A stretch of DNA of 64,000 bases from a virus. The translations under genes and the position numbers were made by a program. The notes beneath the pieces were generated by a model. It worked only from the letters and a program-made list of their open reading frames with translations, was not told the DNA's origin and ran no database searches. This document shows, one piece after another, positions 39,968 to 48,745 of the stretch; position 1 is the first letter of the stretch; every line of letters starts with the position of its first letter. The DNA is taken from positions 32,001-96,000 of the IMG/VR virus record IMGVR_UViG_3300011116_000834. One strand, 5' to 3'.

Positions 39968-41452
39968 ATGTCACTCGATTTTAATCAAAGTTCGCCATAT
40001 GATACCCTCGTAGAAAAGTGGTCACCTGTTCTTAATCACGGTGATCTTCCCAATATCCAAGACCTTCACAAGAAGCGTGTAACCGCAGTTCTTCTTGAGA
40101 ATCAAGTCAATGCAATGAGAGAAGAAAGATCCGCAGGAAACCTTTTTGAGAACTCAATGGGTCCTGTAGGTATGGGTGGAAACTTCATCGCTGGTCAAGT
40201 CGGCAATGCAGGTAACTTCGCAGGTTACGATCCCGTTCTGATCTCACTCGTTCGTCGCGCAATGCCCAATGTCGTTGCATACGACATTGCAGGCGTTCAA
40301 CCAATGAGTGCTCCAACTGGTCTTATCTTTGCAATGCGCGCTCGTTATGGCGCAGATAACAGCGGATATACCCTCGGAACCGAAGCACTCTTCGATGAAC
40401 CATGGGCTAAGTTATCTGGTGTTTGCGGTGCTTCTGGTCCTGGTGCTGAAAATTACACAGCAATTCTAAACGGTTCAACTCTTGGCGTATTCAGTGCCAA
40501 GGGTCTAGGTGATTTTGCTGCTGGTGCAACCTACCTGTCTCGTCCCGATACCTTCACTGCATTCCGTGGAATGTTGACTTCAACTGCCGAATCTCTCGGT
40601 AAGACTCCAGCAAATGCTGACTTCCGTGAAATGGCATTCAGCATTGAGCGTGTCGCAGTTCAAGCTCGTTCACGCGCTCTCAAGGCAGAATACACCACCG
40701 AACTTGCACAAGACCTTCGTGCAGTTCACGGTCTTGACGCAGAGGCAGAACTTGCCAACATTCTCTCAGTTGAAATCATGAACGAAATCAACCGCGAGAT
40801 TCTCCGCGCCATGTATTATGTCGCTAAGACTGGTTGCCGTCAAAACGATCTTAGCAGCTACGGTACTGACATCAGCCAGGGTGGTGTTTACGACCTCATC
40901 CTCGACTCCGATGGTCGTTGGTCAGCAGAACGCTTCCGTGGACTCATGTTCCAAATTGAGCGCGAAGCAAATCAAATTGCCAAGGAAACACGCCGTGGTA
41001 AGGGTAACTTCATCGTATGCAGCGCAGATGTCGCTTCTGCACTTGCAATGGGTGGATTCCTCAATCTCTCTCCAGCACTCAATGTCGATCTCCAAGTAGA
41101 TGATACTGGTAACATCTTTGCTGGTGTTCTCAACAACAAGTTCAAGGTTTACATCGATCCCTTCGTTGCAAACAATGTCAACTTCGTTACCGTTGGTTAC
41201 AAGGGAACCTCACCATACGATGCTGGTTTCTTCTACTGCCCATATGTTCCTCTACAAATGGTCCGCGCAGTTGGTCAAGACACCTTCCAACCCAAGATCG
41301 GTTTCAAGACTCGTTACGGTCTCGTTGCCAATCCATTCGCAGGTGGTCGCGATAGCACCTTCAGCCAATCAAATGATGATGGTTTGACTTCTAACAGCAA
41401 TGCATACTACCGTCTCTTCGCAGTCAAGAATCTCCACGGTAACACCGTCTGA
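39968..41452 (+). CDS. gp23: Major capsid protein gp23
   Basis: 'EKWSPVL', 'LLENQ', 'DPVLISLVRRAMP', 'GVQPM..PTGLIFAMR', 'SRALKAEYT.ELAQDL.AVHGLDAE.EL', 'FYCPYVPL', 'FQPKIGFKTRYG'. Confidence 0.98.
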   Translation: MSLDFNQSSPYDTLVEKWSPVLNHGDLPNIQDLHKKRVTAVLLENQVNAMREERSAGNLFENSMGPVGMGGNFIAGQVGNAGNFAGYDPVLISLVRRAMPNVVAYDIAGVQPMSAPTGLIFAMRARYGADNSGYTLGTEALFDEPWAKLSGVCGASGPGAENYTAILNGSTLGVFSAKGLGDFAAGATYLSRPDTFTAFRGMLTSTAESLGKTPANADFREMAFSIERVAVQARSRALKAEYTTELAQDLRAVHGLDAEAELANILSVEIMNEINREILRAMYYVAKTGCRQNDLSSYGTDISQGGVYDLILDSDGRWSAERFRGLMFQIEREANQIAKETRRGKGNFIVCSADVASALAMGGFLNLSPALNVDLQVDDTGNIFAGVLNNKFKVYIDPFVANNVNFVTVGYKGTSPYDAGFFYCPYVPLQMVRAVGQDTFQPKIGFKTRYGLVANPFAGGRDSTFSQSNDDGLTSNSNAYYRLFAVKNLHGNTV

Positions 41453-41474
41453 TAGATTCGGACAATACTAACCG

Positions 41475-41509
41475 AGAACCCAGGATCGAAAGGTCCTGGG
41501 TTTTCTTTT
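41475..41509 (+). terminator. Rho-independent terminator after gp23
   Basis: aacccaggatc-GAAA-ggtcctgggtt stem with a GNRA loop, followed by ttctttt. Confidence 0.9.
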
Positions 41510-41516
41510 ATAAATA
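41509..41516 (+). promoter_or_regulatory. T4 late promoter before gp3
   Basis: Exact TATAAATA directly after the terminator, 5 nt before the ATG. Confidence 0.8.
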
Positions 41517-41521
41517 CTGAT

Positions 41522-42112
41522 ATGCCTAACAATAGTCAACAGATAATAATTGACAATAGTTCATCGAATATTCTTCGTGATCTTCCAGGAGATTTCTTAT
41601 TTGAGAACAATTTTCAACCAGATACGAATAATAATCTAACAAACAATAAATTTAGATTTACATTGACTCGTTGTCCAACAATGACTTATTTCTGTCAGAG
41701 GGCAAATATTCCATCCTTAAGTTTTGGAACTTCAATTCAATCAAATCCAACTGGAGTAAGCATGAGAAGACCTGGAACTTCCTATGTCTATGAAGACCTT
41801 CAGGTTGGATTTGCTGTGGATGAAGAGATGAAGAATTGGTTGGAACTTCACAATTGGATACGAGATCTTGGAGTCTCATATCAAAGCGCATCGGAAGTTC
41901 TTCGAGAATCTCAAAAGATATGCAGTGCCTTTCTTATGGTATTGAATAGTGCATATCGTCCAATTCTTTGCGTAAAATATAAAAATGTCTATCCAACATT
42001 TGTTAGTGGAATAGACTTTGATTCTTCGTTGACTGATACAAATGCAGTGATTGCAACTGCAACATTTGCATATACTCATTATGAGATAGAAAGATTTGCA
42101 AATAATCCATAA
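41522..42112 (+). CDS. gp3: Tail completion/tube terminator gp3
   Basis: 'N.L....FRF.L.R.P...YFCQ.ANIP..S.G', 'Y.DL...F.VDE.M.NW.E..NW', 'ATF.Y..Y'. Confidence 0.88.
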   Translation: MPNNSQQIIIDNSSSNILRDLPGDFLFENNFQPDTNNNLTNNKFRFTLTRCPTMTYFCQRANIPSLSFGTSIQSNPTGVSMRRPGTSYVYEDLQVGFAVDEEMKNWLELHNWIRDLGVSYQSASEVLRESQKICSAFLMVLNSAYRPILCVKYKNVYPTFVSGIDFDSSLTDTNAVIATATFAYTHYEIERFANNP

Positions 42113-42123
42113 TAAGGTATACT
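42096..42123 (+). promoter_or_regulatory. Candidate sigma70-type promoter for uvsY (likely leaderless mRNA)
   Basis: TTGCAA-16 nt-TATACT ending 7 nt before the ATG; no SD present. Confidence 0.45.
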
Positions 42124-42130
42124 CTTTATC

Positions 42131-42565
42131 ATGAATATTGATCAAATTAAAGCACAAGCAGAAGTAGATACGGTAATCGATAACAATCATCTTGATGATG
42201 AAGCATCTCGCATTCCACAACTCCACAACAAGTATCTGTGTATTCTCATGGATGAGAAACTGATACTGGAAAATTTGGAATCAAAATTAAGAATTCTTCG
42301 TCGCGATAAATGGTTATATTATTCGGGCAAGATGTCTGAAGATGAACTCAAGAAGAAGAACTGGGAACCATTTGAACTTTCAATTCTCAAGCAAGATCTT
42401 GATCGGTTCATTGAAAGCGATATTGATGTGATCACAGCGTCGAACAAAGTATTTCTTCAAAAAGAAAAAGTAACTTATATCGAAAATGTTGCAAAAATCA
42501 TATCAAATAAGATCTGGAGTATCAGATCATCGATTGATTGGGTCAAGTTTACCCAAGGATTATGA
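42131..42565 (+). CDS. uvsY: Recombination mediator UvsY
   Basis: 'ID...LD.E...IPQLH.KY', 'KWLYYSGK', 'I...IDW.KF..G'. Confidence 0.93.
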   Translation: MNIDQIKAQAEVDTVIDNNHLDDEASRIPQLHNKYLCILMDEKLILENLESKLRILRRDKWLYYSGKMSEDELKKKNWEPFELSILKQDLDRFIESDIDVITASNKVFLQKEKVTYIENVAKIISNKIWSIRSSIDWVKFTQGL

Positions 42566-44034
42566 TAAAAATCAAACCAGTTGACTCGGTATACATTGAG
42601 TTGGAATGCGAAAAGGGCATTGCAAAGGAACTCTCATCGTTCTTCACATTCAATGTTCCAAACTCCCAATATAATCCTGCGTTTAGAAAAAAAAGATGGG
42701 ATGGAAAGATTCGTCTATTCAACATCCTTACTCATAAACTATATGCTGGACTGGTGGATTATGTCCTACTATTTGCATCAGAACGAGGATATAAGATCGA
42801 ATATGAATCATCCTTAAAAAAGGATCTTACACCATTTACAATACCTACCGTATATTCTGGTGGAAAGAAAATAGAACCACATGATTATCAATTGGACGCA
42901 GTGAAGCATGCTCTTGAGAATAGAAGAACTTTGCTGATATCTCCAACTGGTAGTGGTAAAAGTCTGATCATTTATCTGATCATGTTGGAATTGCTTAAAA
43001 GAACAAATAAAAAAATATTAATAGTTGTTCCCACCACAGGACTTGTCACTCAATTAAATTCAGATTTTCAAGACTATGCAAATGCAAAAAGCATATCAAA
43101 ACATATTCATATGATCTATAGTGGCAAGGAAAAAAACACTGATTGTCGCGTAGTAATATCAACATGGCAAAGTCTTCATACTCAATCAGAGGACTTTTTT
43201 AGTCAATTTGATGCCATTATCGGAGATGAATCTCATTTATTTAAGGCAAAATCATTGACACGAATCATGACCAAACTAAAAAAATGCGACTATAGAATTG
43301 GAACAACAGGAACACTGGATGGAACCGAGGTGCATAAATTGGTACTTGAAGGACTATTTGGAACTGTCCATAGGGTGACATCCACTAAAGACCTCATAGA
43401 CCGTGAAGTTCTTGCTCAACTAAATATTGAATGTCTGGTACTTAAATATCCAGATATCTCTGTGCAGGAAATTAAGCGTGCAAAGTACGCAGATGAAATC
43501 GAATGGTTGGTTTTAAATGAAAAACGAAATCAATTTATTTCAAATCTTGCAAATAGTCTTCATGGGAATGTGCTTGTTCTTTTTAATTTTGTTGACAAGC
43601 ATGGAATACCTCTCCATAAGAAGATTTCAGAAGGAAGTAAGAAACAGTCGTATCTTATCTGTGGTAAAACGGAAATCGAACAAAGAGAACAAATAAGAAA
43701 AATTGTTGATGGCAATGATAATAGCGTTCTTGTTGCTTCATTTGGAACATGCAGCACAGGCATAAACATCAAAAACATCAATTCGATAATCTTTGCTTCT
43801 CCTTCCAAATCGGTCATTCGTGTGCTACAATCCATAGGTAGAGGTCTGCGTAAGTCGGATACCAAGGATAAGGTCACCGTATATGATATCGGGGATGACC
43901 TGAGCGTTGGTAAGTATAGAAACCATGCCTTGAGGCATCTGGATGAACGCATTACCATATATACTAATGAAGAGTTTTCATATAGGACGATTAAAATCAA
44001 ACTAGGAGATTCGAATGAACTTAAAGATTCTTAA
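42562..44034 (+). CDS. uvsW: SF2 DNA helicase UvsW
   Basis: 'WDGKIRLF', 'SPTGSGKS', 'STWQS', 'GDESH.FKAKS', 'GTTGT', 'LQSIGRGLR'. Start at ATG 42562 (ATGA overlap). Confidence 0.96.
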   Translation: MIKIKPVDSVYIELECEKGIAKELSSFFTFNVPNSQYNPAFRKKRWDGKIRLFNILTHKLYAGLVDYVLLFASERGYKIEYESSLKKDLTPFTIPTVYSGGKKIEPHDYQLDAVKHALENRRTLLISPTGSGKSLIIYLIMLELLKRTNKKILIVVPTTGLVTQLNSDFQDYANAKSISKHIHMIYSGKEKNTDCRVVISTWQSLHTQSEDFFSQFDAIIGDESHLFKAKSLTRIMTKLKKCDYRIGTTGTLDGTEVHKLVLEGLFGTVHRVTSTKDLIDREVLAQLNIECLVLKYPDISVQEIKRAKYADEIEWLVLNEKRNQFISNLANSLHGNVLVLFNFVDKHGIPLHKKISEGSKKQSYLICGKTEIEQREQIRKIVDGNDNSVLVASFGTCSTGINIKNINSIIFASPSKSVIRVLQSIGRGLRKSDTKDKVTVYDIGDDLSVGKYRNHALRHLDERITIYTNEEFSYRTIKIKLGDSNELKDS

Positions 44035-44716
44035 GTTGCGCAGCGGTGAAGAGATTGCATGTCAGATCATCGAACAAAATGATGTGAATGTCAAGGTCAT
44101 CAAACCAATGATATTTCGATATTCTGCGACAACCGATAGCAAAGGTAGAACGATTGATATCACCACTCTACATGATTGGCTGATCAATAGCGAGACTAAG
44201 AGCGTGGACATTCCAACCAATCACATTGCCTTCGTGAGTGAACCTAACAAGGATACCATGAAGTTATATGAGATGGAAAGCACCAAGGAATTTGAACCAG
44301 ATGCTTACAAGACAAGCATCACTGCAAATGATCCTTTGGATTCAATGGACGAATCTACATTGAATAATGAACTATTTGGAACATTTCTAAGCGATCTGCT
44401 TGGATCTACATCCAGCATGATGGAACCAAAGGAACCTCGTCGTCGCAAGAAACGCCGTAAACCAGTTCTTCCACCAGACATGGTCGATGAGAATGAACTC
44501 GACCGTCACATGATCATGATGCAATTATATATTCCATCTGAAGCGATCATGAACATGATTACTTCGGGAATCATCAAACCAGAGACCTTGTTGGATATGA
44601 TTGAGGAAGTCAAGAAGCGCAACAGATTCACTGGTGATGAGAAGAATCGCCAGGACTTCGGGAATAAGTTGAGTGATTGGAATCCAGATCCTAATTCGAA
44701 TGATTACAATAATTAA
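44015..44716 (+). CDS. Conserved T4-like hypothetical protein with an Sm-like N-terminus
   Basis: 'ILKLRSGEEIAC' motif in the usual slot between uvsW and gp55. Confidence 0.6.
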   Translation: MNLKILKLRSGEEIACQIIEQNDVNVKVIKPMIFRYSATTDSKGRTIDITTLHDWLINSETKSVDIPTNHIAFVSEPNKDTMKLYEMESTKEFEPDAYKTSITANDPLDSMDESTLNNELFGTFLSDLLGSTSSMMEPKEPRRRKKRRKPVLPPDMVDENELDRHMIMMQLYIPSEAIMNMITSGIIKPETLLDMIEEVKKRNRFTGDEKNRQDFGNKLSDWNPDPNSNDYNN

Positions 44717-44760
44717 TTCTCAATCAAGATTACTTCTTTTCTTCTGAATCCCACACAGCT

Positions 44761-44789
44761 AGTATAGCAACCCATCAAAGGCATGTCAA
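44761..44789 (-). promoter_or_regulatory. Near-consensus sigma70 promoter on the minus strand (antisense to the upstream genes)
   Basis: Minus strand reads TTGACA-tgcctttgatgggttgc (17 nt)-TATACT, with an extended -10 TG. Confidence 0.75.
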
Positions 44790-44827
44790 GTGAAACTTTT
44801 GAATTTCTTGAAATTTCTTCTAATATA

Positions 44828-44856
44828 TTTGGAGAATCAAGTTATCATGCTATACT
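44828..44856 (+). promoter_or_regulatory. Extended -10 promoter candidate for gp55
   Basis: TGcTATACT at 44848-44856 with a weak -35; same -10 element as the divergent promoter. Confidence 0.55.
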
Positions 44857-44877
44857 TGCATCAAGTAGAGGATGATC

Positions 44878-45447
44878 ATGACTCAAGAAAATAAACCAGA
44901 AGAGAAAATAATAGAAGAAGAAGTCAAGAAATTAAAACATTATATCAATAATGTTGAATTCTGCAAGGCAATGGTGGAATGGAAGAAACTAGTGAAGGAA
45001 GCAGAGGAATGTGGTGATAATAGACCACCTGCAACGCATTACATTGCCGAATCTTTTCTAAAGATTGCAGAACATCTTTCACATAGACCAAACTTCATCA
45101 ACTATCCTTTTCGTGAAGACATGATAGGAGATGGTGTAGAGAACTGTCTTCTTTATGCGCATAACTTCGATCCAGATAAATCCTCGAATCCTTTCTCGTA
45201 TTTTACTCAGATAATATATTATGCCTTTCTGCGTAGAATAGAGAAGGAAAAGAAACAAGCATTCATCAAGTATAAATGCATGCAGATGAAGGATATGGAT
45301 GGTAAATTTATCGAATGGATGAAGAAAGATTCTGATACTGGAACCTATACGGAATTCCTACAGAAACATTTTTCATTGACAGAAACTGATGTCGAGAAAC
45401 TTGAACCAAAATCAAAAAAGAAAAGAAAGAAAAGGAAAGATAAGTGA
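44878..45447 (+). CDS. gp55: Late transcription sigma factor gp55
   Basis: 'HYINN..F', 'YI.E.FLKIAE.LS..PNF.NY..REDMI.DG.ENC', 'NPF.YFTQI.YYAFLRRI..EKKQ'. Start 44878 fits SD gagg; 44872 is an alternative. Confidence 0.96.
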   Translation: MTQENKPEEKIIEEEVKKLKHYINNVEFCKAMVEWKKLVKEAEECGDNRPPATHYIAESFLKIAEHLSHRPNFINYPFREDMIGDGVENCLLYAHNFDPDKSSNPFSYFTQIIYYAFLRRIEKEKKQAFIKYKCMQMKDMDGKFIEWMKKDSDTGTYTEFLQKHFSLTETDVEKLEPKSKKKRKKRKDK

Positions 45448-46502
45448 AAATAGCATTTTTATGCGATACTCATTTTGGAGTACGAAATGATTCTCCCTTT
45501 TTTCTCGAAAACGCAATATCATTCTTTGAAACAGTATTTTTTCCATATTTGAAATCCAATGGAATAACAGAAGTCATCCATCTTGGAGATTTCTTCGACA
45601 GGAGAAAGTTTGTAAATTTCAACACACTTTCTTCCGTTAGAAAACGCATTCTCAATAGATTTCATAATGAAGGAATAAATCTTCACATTACGATTGGAAA
45701 TCATGATACTTACTTCAAGAATACCAATGAATTGAATTCATTGCGAGAACTTCTTACTGATCGTTATTCCAACATAACGATATATGAAGATCCAACCACG
45801 ATCCATTTTGATGATTTTTGCTTTGGTATAGTTCCTTGGGTGACCAAGGAGAATGAAAGCAGAGTGGTTGAGTTTCTTAAGAACTGCAAATGCAGAATGA
45901 TCGGTGGTCATTTTGAAATCATTGGATTTGAAGTGATTGCAGGAGTCAAGCAACATGAAGGATTTACCTCAGCGTTATTCTCACGCTTCGATAGGGTCCT
46001 TTCTGGACATTTTCACATAAAACAATCTCAAGGCAACATTCATTATCTCGGTACTCAGTATCAAATGAATTTTTCCGATATCTCTTCCAAGAAGGGATTT
46101 CATGTGTATGATACCAACATGGATATCTTTGAATTTATTGAAAATGAAAACAATATATTTCATGTATTTACATACGATGATTCGAATCAAGATGAGATTC
46201 GAAAGATTGCCATGTTCATCAGCGAGCGCAATCTCAAGAATGCATTTGTTCGACTCACTGTTCGCAATAAGACAAAGCAGAATATATTCGATAAATTTAT
46301 CGATGCTTTGTGGGAAAAAGGCATTCAGGATCTATCTGTAAATGAGGATCCCTTGGATAAGACCACAACTGTGGAATTCAATGAATCCGAGGATACGATC
46401 AGCATCATTGGTCGAGAAATCGACGCAATTGAACGCGATATCGATAAGGTCAAGTTGAAGACATTGATCAGCGATCTCTATATGGAAAGTCTCAGCATAT
46501 GA
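45444..46502 (+). CDS. gp47: Recombination endonuclease subunit gp47 (Mre11/SbcD-like)
   Basis: 'DTHFG.RND', 'HLGDFFDRR', 'GNHD', 'GHFE', 'SGHFH'. Confidence 0.96.
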   Translation: MKIAFLCDTHFGVRNDSPFFLENAISFFETVFFPYLKSNGITEVIHLGDFFDRRKFVNFNTLSSVRKRILNRFHNEGINLHITIGNHDTYFKNTNELNSLRELLTDRYSNITIYEDPTTIHFDDFCFGIVPWVTKENESRVVEFLKNCKCRMIGGHFEIIGFEVIAGVKQHEGFTSALFSRFDRVLSGHFHIKQSQGNIHYLGTQYQMNFSDISSKKGFHVYDTNMDIFEFIENENNIFHVFTYDDSNQDEIRKIAMFISERNLKNAFVRLTVRNKTKQNIFDKFIDALWEKGIQDLSVNEDPLDKTTTVEFNESEDTISIIGREIDAIERDIDKVKLKTLISDLYMESLSI

Positions 46503-48220
46503 TTAAATTTGAAAAAGTAAGATTCAAGAATTTTGGATCATTCGGCAATACCATGTCCGAGATTATTCTTGATAAGAATAGCACTACTCTTATCTGTGGA
46601 AACAATGGAAGTGGAAAATCATTTGCATTTCTTGATTCTATCACATTTGCATTGTTTGGAAAACCATTTCGCAAGATCAATATTCCACAACTTGCAAATT
46701 CTATCAATCAAAAAGGATGCATTGTCGAGATAGAATTCAGTCGTGGATCTGATAAATTTCTTGTTCGGCGTGGAATGTCTCCACGCCTCTTTGAAATTCA
46801 CAAAAATGGAACTTTAATCGATCAGGAAGCAAGCAGTACGGATTATCAGGACATTCTTGAGCAGCAGATTCTCAAGATGAACTATAAGACATTCACTCAG
46901 GTAGTTATTCTGGGAAGTTCATCCTTTGTTCCATTCATGCAATTAAGTTCTGCTGATAGACGAGCAGTGATTGAGAACATCCTGGATATTGATATCTTTA
47001 GTACCATGAATGTCGTGCTGAAGGGGAAGATTCTTGCCATCAAAGAATCAATAAAGGATTTGAATTCCAAGATTGAACTGGAGAAAAATAAGATTTCCAT
47101 TCAGAAAAATTATATCTTCACTCTTGAAAAGAAAAATATCGAAGACAGCGACGACAAGGAAATTCGAATCGCTGAAATTGATAAACGAATTGCAGAATTA
47201 TGGGATTCAATCATTGCGGAAACAAGTACTGAAGAAACGGATATTTCCACAGCAGAAACTGCAATACATGATATATTGGAAAGCATCAAGGAACAACATG
47301 CGCAACTTGCAGTATTCGATTCGAATAAAAAAAGAATAGAAGGTGAAGCAAAGTTCTTCAAAACAAACGAGATATGTCCAGTTTGTTCTCAGAAGATAAG
47401 CGATAAACTGAAAAAAGACAAGATCCTATCTTCAATGATAGGGATATCCGATGCACAAAATCAATTAAGTGAAACAAAGAATATCATTTCCACTCTGGAA
47501 GGTGATGTTCTTGCAAAGAAGCTTTCTCTTAAGAAAATCAGAGAAACTAATTCTGAACTCAAGGCAAAAAGAACAGAGATCAATAATCTTGAAAGTGAGA
47601 AGTCAAGAATTCAAGATACATTGGACAAATCATCCATTCTTAATGAACTTAATAAAGAACGCGAAAAACTAATCAAATTGGAAGCGTCACTTCAGATTCT
47701 TATGGATGAAAAACTATCCCAGTCAAATGACATGATGTATCATGAATTGGCAAATGAATTGCTTAAGGATGGTGGAGTAAAGGGAAAAATTATAAAATAT
47801 TATCTTCCCCATATGAACAGTCACATCAATCGATTTCTATCTGCAATGGATTTTTTCGTTCAATTCAACATGGATGAGGAATTCAACGAACAGATCAAGT
47901 CTCGTCATCGTGATGAATTTTCATACATGAACTTCAGCGAAGGAGAGAAGATGAGGATCGATCTCGCATTGCTATTGGCATGGCGAGAGATCGCACGAAT
48001 GAAAAATAGTGTTAATTGTAATCTATTGATCCTTGACGAAGTATTTGATTCATCCTTGGATTCCGTTGGAATGGATGAGTTGATGAAATTGCTGAAGATC
48101 GTCAGCGATAAAGCAAATGTATATGTTATTTCCCATAAGGCAGATCAACTTGTTGACAAGTTTTCAAACATAATTACATTTGAAAAGAAGAATAATTTTA
48201 GCAAGATCATATATAACTAA
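46499..48220 (+). CDS. gp46: Recombination ATPase subunit gp46 (Rad50/SbcC-like)
   Basis: Walker A 'GNNGSGKS', zinc hook 'CPVC', signature 'FSEGEK', 'LDEVFDSSLD', 'ISH'. Confidence 0.96.
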   Translation: MIKFEKVRFKNFGSFGNTMSEIILDKNSTTLICGNNGSGKSFAFLDSITFALFGKPFRKINIPQLANSINQKGCIVEIEFSRGSDKFLVRRGMSPRLFEIHKNGTLIDQEASSTDYQDILEQQILKMNYKTFTQVVILGSSSFVPFMQLSSADRRAVIENILDIDIFSTMNVVLKGKILAIKESIKDLNSKIELEKNKISIQKNYIFTLEKKNIEDSDDKEIRIAEIDKRIAELWDSIIAETSTEETDISTAETAIHDILESIKEQHAQLAVFDSNKKRIEGEAKFFKTNEICPVCSQKISDKLKKDKILSSMIGISDAQNQLSETKNIISTLEGDVLAKKLSLKKIRETNSELKAKRTEINNLESEKSRIQDTLDKSSILNELNKEREKLIKLEASLQILMDEKLSQSNDMMYHELANELLKDGGVKGKIIKYYLPHMNSHINRFLSAMDFFVQFNMDEEFNEQIKSRHRDEFSYMNFSEGEKMRIDLALLLAWREIARMKNSVNCNLLILDEVFDSSLDSVGMDELMKLLKIVSDKANVYVISHKADQLVDKFSNIITFEKKNNFSKIIYN

Positions 48221-48221
48221 A

Positions 48222-48542
48222 ATGAATGTAACTGATCGAATCAATTTTCGAGGTAGATTTCGACAATATGATGTCGATGGCAATCCTTATCTCTATAAGA
48301 TAGGCGATTCTGTCGAGTATAATGGGAAAAAATATGTCGCAGTTATTCCCACTACATTGAAAATTCCTGGAACCCAGGAGGGTAATCCCTATTGGAAGTC
48401 AATAGGGGGCGACAATGTCTTCTATATGTCAGAGAATGCACCGATAACTGTAAATGTTGGAGATAGATGGTATGTTCCATCTACTTCAATATTATATACT
48501 TATATTCAAGAGGAAACTAATAGATTTTGGGTTGAATTGTAA
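48222..48542 (+). CDS. Small protein with a CBM5/12 (ChtBD3)-like module and a 'P..GD.W' fibre module
   Basis: 'YKIGDSVEYNGKKYVA....PG....YW' and 'SENAP...VGDRWY.......YTY......WV'; start at ATG 48222. Confidence 0.5.
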   Translation: MNVTDRINFRGRFRQYDVDGNPYLYKIGDSVEYNGKKYVAVIPTTLKIPGTQEGNPYWKSIGGDNVFYMSENAPITVNVGDRWYVPSTSILYTYIQEETNRFWVEL

Positions 48543-48559
48543 TTCAACCGTGCTATAGT
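48530..48559 (+). promoter_or_regulatory. Sigma70-type promoter candidate with a palindrome over the -35 box
   Basis: TTGAAT-16 nt-TATAGT with extended TG; inverted repeat ggttgaatt-gt-aattcaacc at 48530-48549. Confidence 0.55.
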
Positions 48560-48569
48560 AGAGCGTGCC

Positions 48570-48740
48570 ATGAAAAACGAAGATAATTACAAAGATAAGA
48601 AACCACCGCAACCTAAGCCTCTCAAGTCTATTTCAAAGAAAGAACTAAACTCAGAGAGAAACCGTTCAAAGAATCAACTTAAAAATTATTGGGAAAGTGG
48701 TTTTGAAGACGACGATTTTGAAGATAACTACAGAAAGTAA
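48570..48740 (+). CDS. Small charged hypothetical protein (56 aa)
   Basis: Not in the ORF track. MKNEDNYKDKKPPQPKPLKSISKKELNSERNRSKNQLKNYWESGFEDDDFEDNYRK; fills the gap before gp45. Confidence 0.6.
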   Translation: MKNEDNYKDKKPPQPKPLKSISKKELNSERNRSKNQLKNYWESGFEDDDFEDNYRK

Positions 48741-48745
48741 ATACA

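Noticed and set aside
31865-48220. Introns, inteins or homing endonucleases in gp17, gp20, gp23, uvsW or gp46
   Set aside because: All are uninterrupted and of ordinary length; no HNH, GIY-YIG or LAGLIDADG ORF was recognised.
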